From: Vezdaea acicularis
Lineage: Eukaryota
Assembly (NCBI GenBank): GCA_026025075.1
Contig: JAPEUI010000027.1
Location: forward strand, 1-64,000
Direction of reading: 5' to 3'
Length of the DNA: 64,000 nt
This document shows, piece by piece, positions 13,301 through 25,681 of this stretch; the stretch's first letter is position 1, and each line of letters starts with the position of its first letter. Below the pieces are notes generated by a model. It was given only the letters and a program-made list of their open reading frames with translations. It was not told the origin of the DNA and searched no databases. The position numbers were made by a program, and so were the translations under genes.

Positions 13301-13961
13301 TAGCCAGTCGTTTTAGCGTATCCTGTGCTATAATCTTGTAAGACTCAGCTAATTCAAAAGCCTCTGCACGTGTAGACTTGAGATCTGCTCGGACAAGTTC
13401 ACTAGACCGATCCAGTTGCTTGGCAAACTCCTCAATTTCATTTCCGACCCGCTTTGCTTCATGCCATAGACGGTATTTAACATGGGGTTCATCGAAACCA
13501 CTTATTGTTGGATCTGGTGAGGCTAACGAGTCTATTATAGAGTAAGAGCGGGTTAAACTCAGGAGTTGCCTCATAAAGAGTGCCAAGGCGCACCAGAAAG
13601 CAATGGTCTTGAGGATGACTAACCTTCACCTGCTTCTTCAGAATCTTCGACATCGTCCTCTTCTTGATACGAATCTATCACCGAGCTTTCACGAGAGTTT
13701 TCTGACCGTGCCTCTGACTGCTCAGGGCTTAATTAGCAACAATCCCTCGAATAGTAGTGATATATATAAGTGCCGTATGAGGACTCACGTTTGCAAAGTC
13801 CCAGCTATCTTCTCGATGTCCCTGATAGGCCACTAAAGGTTAGCTACCGATCTTGACTATTGCTGCCGGCCATATCCATTCTTTATTGGACTCACCCGAC
13901 TAGCAGGACCATCGGGCCTTATAGCTATTGAAGCTCCAGCTCGACGAGTGAGCGGCGCCAT
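10390..13961 (-). CDS. NUP84: Nucleoporin Nup84/Nup107, multi-exon
   Basis: ATG 13961 (MAPLTRR). Motifs EARTWELL, DPDAVSRQGRKLEKADE, WELLRRG, WRAVSM, YERAVYGLLGGD and IRRIYLPE. Small 5' exons splice in frame. Confidence 0.9.
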
Positions 13962-14575
13962 TTGTATTCCAGAGCCAAAGAAATCCCAAAGTTCCCAAGG
14001 CTAGTTCGTGCACAATGTTAATCCGGGAACCCGCTTTGATTCCAGCCTCAAGCGGTCATAGTGATTGTGCAATGGCCGACAAATATCGGGACGTTCTCCT
14101 TCAACACTCCGGCACGCCAATAATTCTTTGACGCGTTCTCGCCTAAGTGAAGCGCAGTCACGTGCTTGCGGAAACTCCCAAATCACAAAGACCAGAGTTG
14201 GTTCAAGTTTCTTTCCATAACAATGTCTAACCAGGCACTTTTTCAGAGTCTCGGGTCAAACCTCCAAATCGGAGTATCCATCGGTGTTTGACCAGGCCAT
14301 AAGGCCTCTAAGCGCGCTCAAGGTTGTCTCAGAAAGATCAGGCACTCGATACAAAAGACCCTCATCTCCTCCGAGATATGATTGTGGCCATCTGGTCCAG
14401 TGTCCCACAGTTGTCACCGCGTCACCCATGGCTTCCTGTTTTGCAAGAAGGCACCACCTTCGACTGCTAGATATGGCTTCAATGGCTTTCACGCCGTCAT
14501 TCAAGACGTTGGATGGTTATCTTACAAAGTTTCATTGAATATGAAGCCTAATGCATTTCATGAAGACGACGCTTG

Positions 14576-15010
14576 TTATTTCGTCTCTGTCTTCTCACCT
14601 CTCTGCTCTAACTTTACGCGAAGTAGATCCGGCTTTGGGCAACTGGCAGTGCGCGACCGATCCCCATTGCTCTCATAGAAAGCTCTACAGCATTCGTAGA
14701 GTGCGTCCACCTGGGCTTGGCACTTCTCCTCGTTGTATGAATTCTTATTCAGACACTCTAGTGCGGCTGTTAGCAAAGCCATGCAAGGAACTCGTCAGCT
14801 AGGCAGTGTGAAAGAAGAATGGCATGCTCTTGTTGGGACAATATCATTATCAAAATGTTTTTGTTCTACAGCGAGGTTCAGTATATACCTTGAATCGCAC
14901 ACTATACATTGTCAGCATAGCGCCCATGGTACGCACAGCATTTATGGGTTGCATACAGCTCTAGGGTGACAAGGCGGGCTTGAGGCTAGATCTTCCTCGA
15001 GACCCTTCAT
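14576..15010 (-). CDS. CMC4: Twin CX9C mitochondrial IMS protein Cmc4/MTCP1-like, 3 exons
   Basis: Spliced MKGLEEDLASSPPCHPRA|CAIQE|CLNKNSYNEEKCQAQVDALYECCRAFY..SCPKPDLLRVK. Includes 13-nt microexon 14901-14889. Confidence 0.85.
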
Positions 15011-15581
15011 GCGTTTTGTGAGCTTGAGCTATGCAGTCTATAATAGCAAACAAACACACCATTATCAAGGTGTTCCCCTTTATTGAAGGAATGGCCACGT
15101 GATAACCACAATGCCCCGTGCTCAGTGCTAAATGCGCTGAACGTGATGATATGCAGGCGTTACAATCTGTAGGTGAGCAAATAGAAATGACGTTCAGACC
15201 CGAAACAGAAAAGGTCTTTTCTCGCTCCCTAGCTCGCGCCACTTTCGGCACGCTACGCGGGGCACTCTTCGCGGGTCTTCCATGCCATTCACTGCTCAAA
15301 GTTGAAACCATCATTTTCTTAAGACAAACCCGTCCTGTTTTCCTTTTCTCACCCACAGAGTTCTCCGCCACAACTTTGCGACTTTCGCTGGCTCAAAGGT
15401 CTGGACTTTCCTGACTTGTAGGTTCCCCACCTTTCATCCTTAGAATCCTGCTTCACATTCTTGTTGTCATCTAACAACAAATGCGATAGATCACCGTCAC
15501 TTCAACTCTTTCACAGACTCAACGCTCAAGACCTTCCAACCTCATCCAAGACTTACCCGGGACCTCGCTCAAATCAACAAC

Positions 15582-16092
15582 ATGTCTGATAACGGATCTC
15601 CTGGAACTGGCAAGCCAGAAGACGCTGCGCCGACAGAGCATCTCAACATCAAGGTGACGGATAACAACAACGAGGTCTTTTTCAAGATCAAACGCACCAC
15701 GGCTCTAAAGAAGCTGATGGATGCATTCTGTGAACGCCAGGGGAAGAACCCCGCTAGCGTGCGTTTCCTATTTGATGGAAGCCGTATCACCCAAACCGAT
15801 TCACCTGAAACCGTAAGTAGATTTCGTCCCAAAGGCATGGGTCGCATGGCAAGCATTTTGCTATACCTGGGCGATCGCGTAGAGCCTCACCTGATATGAG
15901 TCATTTTCGTCTCTTCGGATTCGCCAGATTAAAGTCTGATGTATCCGGATAAGACTCCACTCTCTTCTTTGCAATCTGCATTTATGTTCTCTCTACAGTT
16001 CTTTGAAAGCATAGCTAACGATTTCTCTACAGCTGGATATGCAAGACGGAGACACGCTTGAGGTTCACCAGGAGCAGATTGGCGGGCACTAG
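15582..16092 (+). CDS. SMT3: SUMO, 2 exons
   Basis: HLNIKVTDNNNEVFFKIKRTTALKKLMDAFCERQGK. Intron 15813-16032. Ends LDMQDGDTLEVHQEQIGG-H* (di-Gly plus 1-aa propeptide). Confidence 0.96.
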
Positions 16093-16910
16093 ATGGTTGG
16101 CGAGGGATCTTCGTTCACACACGCTCACGAGGGATGGCACAAATGATTTCATGGCGCAAATGAGCGGAAGGGAGCATTTCACAATGTCGGCTGCATGATT
16201 CGATATCCTCTCGCCCGGGCATGGACTTTTGGCTGAAGTCGCCACGCATCGTAGCCTTTACGACTAGCTTCGAAGTTAAGGGAGAACATGCAACGACACT
16301 GATCTCCTAGCTACAGTTTAGGCGTTGTTCTTCGAAGGATTTTCAATGGCAAGCGCTTCAGCTAGGGTCGTGTCTTGAATATAATGCTCGATCTTAACCC
16401 AAAAAGAGATCTGTTGCTGTGTGAGCATCCAGCTAGAACAATGTCTTGAACAATATGCTTGACCCTAAATAACCAAAAAGAGATCTGCAGCCATGTGTGA
16501 CAGTCTAGCTTGTGAAGTGCTGAGATGGCATAACTATCATACGAAGCATTAGTAGAGTGCATTCGTGGGTGTACTGCCAAACCTGCGCCTCCCCTTAATA
16601 TTTGCAGGGTGTAGGGAAAGCTAGAATGAGTAGATATAGCCAAATTATCCCAGACCAACCCCCGACCGGTCGAGCAACAACCTAGAGCTTGCTGAGCCAC
16701 GGCCTTCAATGCAGGTGCCACAAGGAAATCAACCACTACCAACCACCACAGATGAGATACATCCCAACCATAACGACGATACCCAACCTTCCAAGCCCGT
16801 AAAAAGGGGGGCCAAAGCACCACTCCCCTACCAGAGCCACCCAACTCCCTATCCACCCAAAACACATCCCACACGCCCCAAGCCGAACCATCAAACCCGT
16901 CCTACCCTCC

Positions 16911-17463
16911 TCAATCCTCCCAAATGGCCGCCTTGGCGTTTTTCGCCTCCTCCTCCGCCTCCTTCCGCGCCTGCCGTTCCCGCATCCTCCGCTTCTCCTC
17001 CTTCTCTCTTACGGCAGCATCATACTTCCGCTGCTCCTCCGTCTTTTTCGGGGCCCGTACGCCTAGCGCGCCTGCGATCAGCCGGTTGGCGACGGCGGTG
17101 GTTTTTTCGGGGCGGATGTCTTTGTTGCGGGTCGGTGGTGAAGGGTGGTCGGGAGGGTCTGGGGGGAGAGAGAAGGGTTCGTAGATGGGCGGGTTGGTGG
17201 ATGAGGGAGTGGGTGGTGGGGCGTTAGGTGTGGGAAGGTGTTTTGAAGGGGTTTGGGGGGGTGAGGTGTCTGAGTCGAAGGCTTCGTCTTCCCAGGAGTC
17301 GGCGATGGTGGGTTGGGGCTTTTGGGGGGGGTTTGGAGATGAGGGTGAGGTGGGTGAGGATATGCTCAGGTTCTGGAGTTTGGGGGTGATGTCTGCTAGC
17401 TCTGTTAGCTGTTGCTGGTGTCCGGATATGTTCGTCGTTCTTACCGTCATTTGGGGCAGACAT
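16911..17463 (-). CDS. Conserved fungal protein with SUZ-C-like motif and C-terminal coiled coil
   Basis: ATG 17463, short exon (MSAPND), GTAAGA..GCTAAC..TAG intron, then ADSWEDE, a Pro-rich stretch, RPEKTTAVANRLIAGALGVRAPKKTEEQ and AIWED*. Confidence 0.7.
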
Positions 17464-19127
17464 TGCTGTTAATGGAAAATGGCGGTATTCCAACCTAGCA
17501 TGCGTAAAAAGCTGTCCAATGAGCATGCGACTGCATGTGCCAAGAAGAAAAAGAGAATAATCGTGAAAAGTAGCGTAATTATAGCATTTATTTATGGAAG
17601 GGTAAGGTGGTGATGGAGGAAACCCAATCATCCGTCATTGAAACTCAGCGATCGCTTGCAACCTTCACATATTTCGCACGACCAGTCCCCAATTTAGAAC
17701 GGTGACCTCACAGCTTCACCGCGTAGCATACTCAAATCTACAAAGCTAGAAGATTCACATTGCTTGTCGATACTGTTTACGAGCATCCACGCTCGAAGAT
17801 CAGAGGGGAGGCAGACAGACAGATCGATGGGCCTATCACGCTCCACGCGCTCACTAATCGAGACTCGGGCAGGAGCTGATCCACGGAACATTGTATCACC
17901 GTCGTTTTCCGAAATACACCAAGCTGTCAGCAACTTCAACCAATCCTCACCAGCAGAACGCCCGTGCAGCCATGCAGCTTGTGAGCCTCGCGGCCAAGCG
18001 AAGACCAAGGCAGAGGCACAAGCATTTCAACGGAAGCCTCTTCCCCGCCTGTTCCCCGGACTACTTTACCGCTTTCGAGGAAGTTTGGATTCTACTGTAT
18101 CTCCAATTGCTTGCCGGGTTAAGCTCAGCAGACGGACGAGAGCAAGCCACCGGCCTGCAGCTGCACGCTCAGGGATGGTATCATCTGAGGGGGGACTGTC
18201 GTGCTTGGATACGGCGGGGCAGTCACGCTACCTGGGCGCCTCGCGAATCTTATCTGGATACGAGAAAGCTTGGGCAGGTCCATGCAGAAGCGATTCACAC
18301 GCGAGTAGCAAAGAGTTTGTCACACACGAAGACGAATATGCCGCCACCAGCGCTGGAACCTCGTGGTATGACTTAAAAGGCAAAGTACGAGCTGGATGTT
18401 CACACAGTATCGAACAATCGAGGCAAGCAACCAGGCTCCAATCAACTTTACTGATCCCTCTATGTTCATGGACTGAGCGAACCTTCTGCTTCTCACGTGC
18501 CATCCCTGCTAGGAGTGCTAGGGCAAAGACCGGACCGTGGAGAGCCTCGGCTATGAACAGTCTCGTGATCTCCCCTCGAAGAGCAGCCGATGCTGTGGAC
18601 AATATCGACAACAACAGTAGTCAAAGTCGCAAAGGCATTGGCCGCAAATTGGCAGGCTTCAACTCATCCCGTTAATCCAAAACGCTTGCAACCGCTCACC
18701 AAGCTTCTTCCTGTGCGGCAGCTTAATCAATCGCCACGCCACGAACCTCAGCCTGAGCCTGGCCCTGGCCCTGGCCCTTGCCTAGATCCACCAGTCACAA
18801 GCCCGCCGCGGCGCAAGCTTCGCACCGTCGCGGCGATAGCGCCCCCACTCCCGTCATCATGCTGCAGCCCTCTGTCCACTGATAATCCAGGAATTTAGGT
18901 ATAGTATCGAGCCTCGCAGTTCCCCATCATATAGCTCGTTCAATTCACTACTCAACCCGCGCCCTACTCGCTGTGCCCCCAGGACCGACCATCGCTCGCC
19001 GCTCGATCACGCAATCCCTCACCCCAGACCTTGTACCCTCTTATAACGCCGCAATCACCGCAATTCATGCCCATCACCAACGCTACCCCACACCAACCCG
19101 TCCCCTTCAATTCCTCCTTCCGCCAAC

Positions 19128-20985
19128 ATGGTTTTTGGAAGGAAGTCTCAACTCGTCGACGTCCAGAAGGATGGACCGGCAATCACAAGTCCAAGTGGCA
19201 CTGATGGACTCTCTGAGAAGAAGGACGACTACAGATATGATGCGGAATCGGGGGGGCGTCGACGGAGTGTCCGCAGGCGGAGCCGTGTTGGTATCGACTC
19301 GGATGAAGACTCAGTACTAGACGTGGGCAAGCAAATTGAGTTGGAGGCCTCGAATGCCATCAGTTCGTTCCACTTATGTCATCCAAAAAGAGATCGTCAC
19401 TGACTAGGATAACAGAGTATCGGACCTGTAGCTGGCCGAAGGTACTATTTGATCGTATACCTCCTCTCCGATGGCGTGGCTAAAGCGCTTCATCAGACGG
19501 CCGCACTCTTGTTCTCCGAGTATATTTGTTTGGCGATCATGTCCTTTCCGTATTCATACTCGGTCTTGGGGCTGGTGCCAGGGCTCATCCTGACCGTAGT
19601 CGTTGCTGCCCTGGTGCTTTACACGTCTTTAGTCGTTTGGTATGTTGATGGTCCAGTTGCGCTATGAAGCAAGGCCGGAACGCTAACTAGGAGGAAGGGA
19701 ATTTTGCTTGCGCAATCCAGACGTCCGTGACGTCTGTGACATTGGCCAGATGCTATTCTGGGGGAAGACATGGGCCTGGTACGCCACCGCGGTCATGTTT
19801 TTGTTGAACAATACGTTTATCCAGGTAAGTTTTGGTCCCTAGTTAAACCTATCACTACCTCCTCAGAGTTAAAAATGACGAAAAAGGGTCTTCATGTCCT
19901 CGTCGGTTCTAAGTACATCAATACCATGGCTGGCAAAGGAAACGGCCATTGCACCGTCGGCTTTGGCGTCATTGTTGCGGTCGTGTGCTTCTTCTGCTCC
20001 CTTCCACGGACATTCTCTACGCTCTCGAAGCTGGCAAGCGCATCTGCGTTCTTTACCTTCATATCTGTCATCCTCGCCGCTATCTTTGCAGGAATTGAGA
20101 CACACCCCGCCGGGTACAACACAGGGTTGGTCGCAGGCGTCAACATGGTTGGCGAGCCGATCGTGACAGCACTCCCCATCAAGGGTACGACATTCGTTAG
20201 CGGCATGAACGCTTTCCTGAACATCAGCTATACCTTCATCGGTCAAATCACGATCCCGTCTTTCATCGCGGAGATGAAGAACCCGCGGGACTTCCCGAAA
20301 GCGCTCTGGGCGGTGACAATCTGTGAGATTATCGTTTTCGGGCTCGTCGGAGCCGTCGTGTATGCCTATACCGGCAACCAGTATAACACCGCTCCGGCCT
20401 TTGGGTCATTGGGGAATGTGGTCTATAAGAAGGTCTCATTCTCCTTCATGATCCCCACTCTCATCTTCCTCGGCGTGCTCTATGCTTCCGTCTCGGCGCG
20501 CTTCATCTTCTTCCGTCTATTCGAGGGAACCCGGCATAAGTCTGAGCACACCCTTCTCGGCTGGGGCTCCTGGGCCGCTATCCTTGCTGCCACATGGGTA
20601 TTGGCCTTCATCATCGCCGAGGTCATCCCCTTCTTCAGCGATCTGTTGAGTCTGATGAGCAGTCTCTTCGACTCCTTCTTCGGCTTCATCTTCTGGGGCG
20701 TGGCGTACCTCCAGATGCGACAGCAGGACTTTGGGCCTGGTTGGTGGAGGAGACTTAATCTCCGAGGCTACCTCATGCTGTTCCTCAATATCTGGATCAT
20801 CATCTTTGGCCTCTTCTTCTTGAGTGCCGGAACCTACGTAAGTCCTTCCCCCCTCCCAGCCATCCATTCCGTCGTGGCGAGGTATACTCATTCAATCACC
20901 ACAGGCTTCCGTCGAGAGCATCAAACTTAATTTCGACGCCGGCACCGTCGGCCACGTTTTCTCATGTGAATTCAACGGGCTGTGA
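19128..20985 (+). CDS. Neutral amino-acid permease (AAAP/Aa_trans family, Neurospora Mtr-like), 6 exons
   Basis: IKYRTCSWPK|TAALLFSEYICLAIMSFP, DVCDIGQMLF, SFIAEMKNPRDFPKAL and AEVIPFFSDLLSL. Many TM helices. Ends VGHVFSCEFNGL*. Confidence 0.9.
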
Positions 20986-21694
20986 TCGGGTAGAAATATT
21001 ATTGGTGTGGACTACTATACTTGAGTTTTATATAAAGTCGTCATGTAGGCGACCAGCTACGGCTGCTGCGATCTTGAGTCGATCGCGCCTGTTATTGTTC
21101 TTCGCTAGTAGATATACACTGAGCGACGGCCAAAGTAAATGACGTTTTGGAAAATGATACTCCCCTAAGCAAGCGGAGACGAAGAAAAATTTCTAGTGCA
21201 CTGAGTGACTCACGCTTCAGCAAACCCCTCCAGCCAGGTTTCCTAGCTTGCTCCATTATCAAACTCCCCGCGCAGGAAACTTGAGAGGCAAAGACCGAGT
21301 AGACTTCTAGCTGGGATATTTCGCTAGTGTAGGCGTGTTGGCTCGCTACATCCGTAGTTTCTGGAGGAGGGTATTGTGCACCCCTAGCCTATAGGTTCGA
21401 GAGCTGAAGGAGGGCCCGCTCGCGGGGGTCGGGTAGGAGGAGGTGAACTTGCTATGATGTCTTGTCTGCCGGTTGTCAGCTGCGTGGTCGGCTAGGAGGG
21501 GGGTTTGCTGGGCCGTACTTGCATTATACGGATTTTCTGCGACGGGGAGGAGTTGGTTTGGTCGTGAGCGCCCACCGACCCCCTTCCCCCCCCTCTTCCC
21601 ACAAGTCCAAGGGATCTCCCAGTAGGTCTATACCCCAAATACTGCGCGAACTGCTAAGACACAGCTCTTACCAGCCCAGCCGCGAAACACATGA

Positions 21695-22317
21695 TCAGAA
21701 GAACTTGACGCCTTGCTCGTCCTCGTTCCCAAATACCTGCGCTTTCCCCCGCTTGACCAGAACCGCGAGGGACTTTTGTAATACCTCTGGATCCATTCCA
21801 TGGAAATCTACATGCGCCCAAAACTATTAGTCCCAGTGAACCTTTCCCAGCTCCAAAGCTTACAAAGGGAAGAAAGAAATAACCAACCCTGATCAGCCGT
21901 AGCCTCGCTCTGCGTAAGCTCATAAAGCGTTAACACCGTATTCCTCTGTCCCGTCTCCTCAACCCACTCCGCAAGAACCGTGGCCCACTCCTCCGGCCGT
22001 CTCCAATAAACCCAACACGCCTCCTTCGCGTTGCCAATCCACTCGATTCTCGCCCCTCCCTCAACACTGCTCATCCAGTCAAGCACGTACTGCGTATCTT
22101 GCGGACCGAGCCGTTTTCCTAAGGACTTGTTCCAGAAGAGTGGGCTTTCGAGTGCGGAGGAGAGTTTGAGGACGAAGAGGTGGCTGTGTCGGCAGTAGTC
22201 TTGGATGATGCTTGACCAGCATTGGAGTTGGGCCCGCCGGGTTTGCTCGTTGGGTTGGAGGGTGAAGAGGGGCGGGTAGGAGTGTTCGGATGGGAAGGGG
22301 AAGGGGGGGGCGGTCAT
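21695..22317 (-). CDS. VPS25: ESCRT-II subunit Vps25, 2 exons
   Basis: FPFPSEHSYPPLFTLQPN, YWRRPEEWA and TVLTLYEL. Exon 2 is DFHGMDPEVLQKSLAVLVKRGKAQVF...GVKFF*. Confidence 0.93.
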
Positions 22318-22583
22318 GCTGGGATGGGATGGAAGCTGGAGAGAGGTTGAATGGGGATGAGTGATGTGGGTGAATGGTCGGGATATGTTATCGGATCTCT
22401 AGATATCGGGACGCGGCGGACTCCTTTGTTTGTGTAAACGCAGAGAATATCATGACGCGCTGTGATATTTTGACCATGTGGAAAGTGAAGCGAAGGTCGA
22501 GAATGATGGGGCGCCGAAGCGGAACGAGAAAAGCGAAGCTCCTCCAGAGCTTCGACAACTTCTAGACAACACCATACTACGAG

Positions 22584-23562
22584 ATGTCTCAATTACTTGT
22601 AGGGCTAGACACGATTGGGCGAAGCTTAAGGGAGAATATCAACTTTAATCAGAAATCCCTACTGAGTAAGGTCCCGCTGAATTGACTTCACCTCAGGAAA
22701 CCAGCTGATCTCAGGTATAGTTTCGGCGGCCTCGATAGCCTTCAATCCACTATTCTGGAAGTACGTCGTCCGTCGCTCTCTAGGCTCCAAGTGCGCTAAC
22801 GCATTGACAGCACTGTCGCCCGTCAAGGTTAGAACCCTACATCTGAATACACCGGAAAAGGGGGCCAAAACCGTTAATCCCATCTCAACTCCGCACAGAA
22901 TACCACCACAAGATCCTAACCAGACTATTCGGCGGCAACTCCCGCTACGGATGCTATGCACTCGCCATAACAATCTTCTCTATAGGAATCTTCCGCGACT
23001 TCCTGTTCGTCCCCCCCCAAAACCCCCCTCCCCAGCCTCACAGCACAACCACAGCTCACCCTTAGCAAGATATGAGCGAGCCCTACGGGACCAGCCGTCT
23101 CACCCGCTACTAGAAACCCAGCTCGCAAAGCTAACCTCGTACTCACTCTTACTCTTCGGCAACACGCTGGTTCTTAGCTCCATGTGGGCTCTGGGCTTCA
23201 CGGGGACGTACCTGGGAGACTATTTTGGCATCTTGATGGATGCGCCGGTTACGAGTTTTCCCTTCAATATCACGGGCGCGCCCATGTACTTCGGGTCTAC
23301 GCTGTCTTTCCTCGGCTCGGCGGTCTTGTATGGTAAGCCGGCGGGGCTGTTGTTGACGGCTGAGGTTTATGTCGTTTATCTGCTTGCGCTCAGATTCGAG
23401 GAGTAAGTTGTTGTCAAGGAGGGGTTGGGAATGAGCACATCCCCCTTCGTCCAGATCCCGTTTACTCCTGGATCCTTCGCTAACGATGTCGGTAGCCCAT
23501 TCACTTCGGAAATATATGCTAAGCGCGAGCGCGAGAGGAGCAAGGGGAAGAAAAAGGCATAA
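22584..23562 (+). CDS. OPI3: Phospholipid methyltransferase (PEMT family), 6 exons
   Basis: IAFNPLFWN|TVARQE|YHHKILT, ALGFTGTYLGDYFGILMD, FPFN..PMYFGSTL and FEDPFTSEIY. Confidence 0.93.
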
Positions 23563-23890
23563 TTCTGCATAGCATCGAAGAGGGGCAGAGGGCTTGGTGC
23601 AGGCCGACTTCAACAGTCAGCCTTTCAGCGCGCGCGGAGAAGGGAGCAGGAGTATATCCTGATCATCGTTCCGATATTGAACCATTTGATTGCGTTTAAG
23701 CGAGTATCAGTACTTCTATATACCTCGAAAATAGCATGTCTAAGATCCTTGCACGCCACATTGAAACGATGGAGAACGCGAGGCAGCCTCAACGCCACGG
23801 TATCGTGCACAGCGGAACGTCATACTAGCCATAAAGTCCCACAAACGCCACCGATCACCCAAATCCCCGCCCCATTCACAAGATTCTGCT

Positions 23891-25681
23891 CTAATTTCTC
23901 CGCCCCCTGGTCTTCTTCCCTTGCGTTCCATCATCTTCATCCTCATCGTGTCCCTTCTTCAGATCTTCATCTAGGCCCCATTCCTCTTTATCGTACCAGT
24001 CCTCGCCATCGCTCATTTCTCCCACATGGCCCTCTGCTTTGGCCCACCTGTAGACGGTCTTGCGCATCAGATCCGCGCGCATGAGGTCGTTGTGCAGTTT
24101 CTCCAGGTTGCGGCAGACCTGCTCTTGTTTCTGCACATAGAGGAGTAAGAGCCGTCGGATGTCTTCTGCTTCGGCTGGCTGAAGACCGAAGTCGCGGTCT
24201 GGGAGCGCGGACTCGGGGGCGAGGAATAGGGGGTGGATAAAGGCATTATCTAATGATTCGGGAGACTGGGAGCGCGTTCGCGCTGTTGTCGTGTTGTCGG
24301 AGGCGGCCTGAGCTTGCGCTCTTGTTGTCATGCGGTGGGGAGCTGGTTGCGCGTCTTCTGCTTCGTCGCCATCGGCTTCTTCTTCTTCTTCATCGGCATA
24401 GGACAGAGGTAGATCAGGCAAAGGCTTCTCGGCGCTATCCTCGATCTCCTTGGATGGGCCCGATGTGATGTTCACTTTTTGAGCTTCCTCAATGACTGTC
24501 GAGTGTTCGATGGCTGGATTTAGGTCTGGTGTGTTGCCATTGGACATAACAGATATGATTGGTGTCCCATCAACGCCGTCATCTTCATTCTTGACTGTCG
24601 CTTCTAATTTCTGGGTTCTCTTGTGGCCATTACTTAAACCAGCGGTAATTGATATGTCTGTCGGGGCGTCCACCATAGCAACATCATCAGCATTCACATC
24701 CTCACCCAAATCTTGTGCCGCAATTTCCTCAATCGGAGAGTTTCCGAGAAGCTGAGCCGCATCTTGAATGGTACCTTTTGCAGGGGGATCCTCGAAAGGC
24801 TGTGCTGCATGGTCAGTGGTTGCACGACCACTTTGCTCGGCCTCCGATATTAAGACCTTTCCGTTAAGCTGAAGTGGAACGGCCTGACTGCCAACAAGCT
24901 CACTCATGGCGGATCCAAAGAGCTCAATATCGCTCTCCGTTTCGAAGATACCACAAGGTTGCCAGGTATCATCCCCTCGGAACTTTGTAAGGAGCTGCTT
25001 GAGTTTCCAAAGAACAGCTTTTTCTCTCTTGACTATGCCACCAACCTGGTCCACCGTCGTTGTAAGCGCAGTAGATAGATACGGAACCGATAGAGAAGGG
25101 TGGTCTGGTAGCTCAGCAGCCGAGACAAGTGGGCGCAATAGGTCTTTTAAAGACGATCATTAGTGTAAGGCAGGACAACGGGGAAGGGGCACTTACGCTC
25201 CAGCCGAATAGGTTGGAACGGGTTGTCGTCAGGATTGACTATCTCGGAGTGCTCATCAATGTCTTCGTTATCCAACTCGTCGCCGTCCTTATCAACCCTT
25301 GCGGGGTTTTTGTTGATGATGAAGCGTGTGTAGCCAGCGTGCTCAATTTTCTAGATTGTTCGCAGGCCCAATTAGACATCTTTCGATACTGGCTTTATAC
25401 TGGTTTTGATTTCCAAATTCTGTAGTGAGAACTTACCCTCCGATACACCTTCGGACCGGTTGGAAGGTCAAGTTGCCCCTCATGGACATATTGCGCCTTT
25501 CTCTTCAGCTTGTTGCCCCGATTTGTTGGTCGGTGGATTGAGTCGTCCGACTCAGACTCTGAATTGCGATTAGGAGCTTATCAAACATAAGTGTTATAGC
25601 CCACATACCATCATCCTTTCTTGCCACTGCTCTCTTCATCCCCGCGATCGTTTCCGCGATCAGCATAGCTTGGGTCGCCAT
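23891..25681 (-). CDS. RXT2: Rpd3L histone deacetylase complex subunit Rxt2-like
   Basis: MATQAMLIAETIAGMKRA, TNRGNKLKRKAQYV, PLVSAAELPDHPSLS, LLLYVQKQE and C-terminal GEMSDGEDWYDKEEWGL. Confidence 0.8.
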
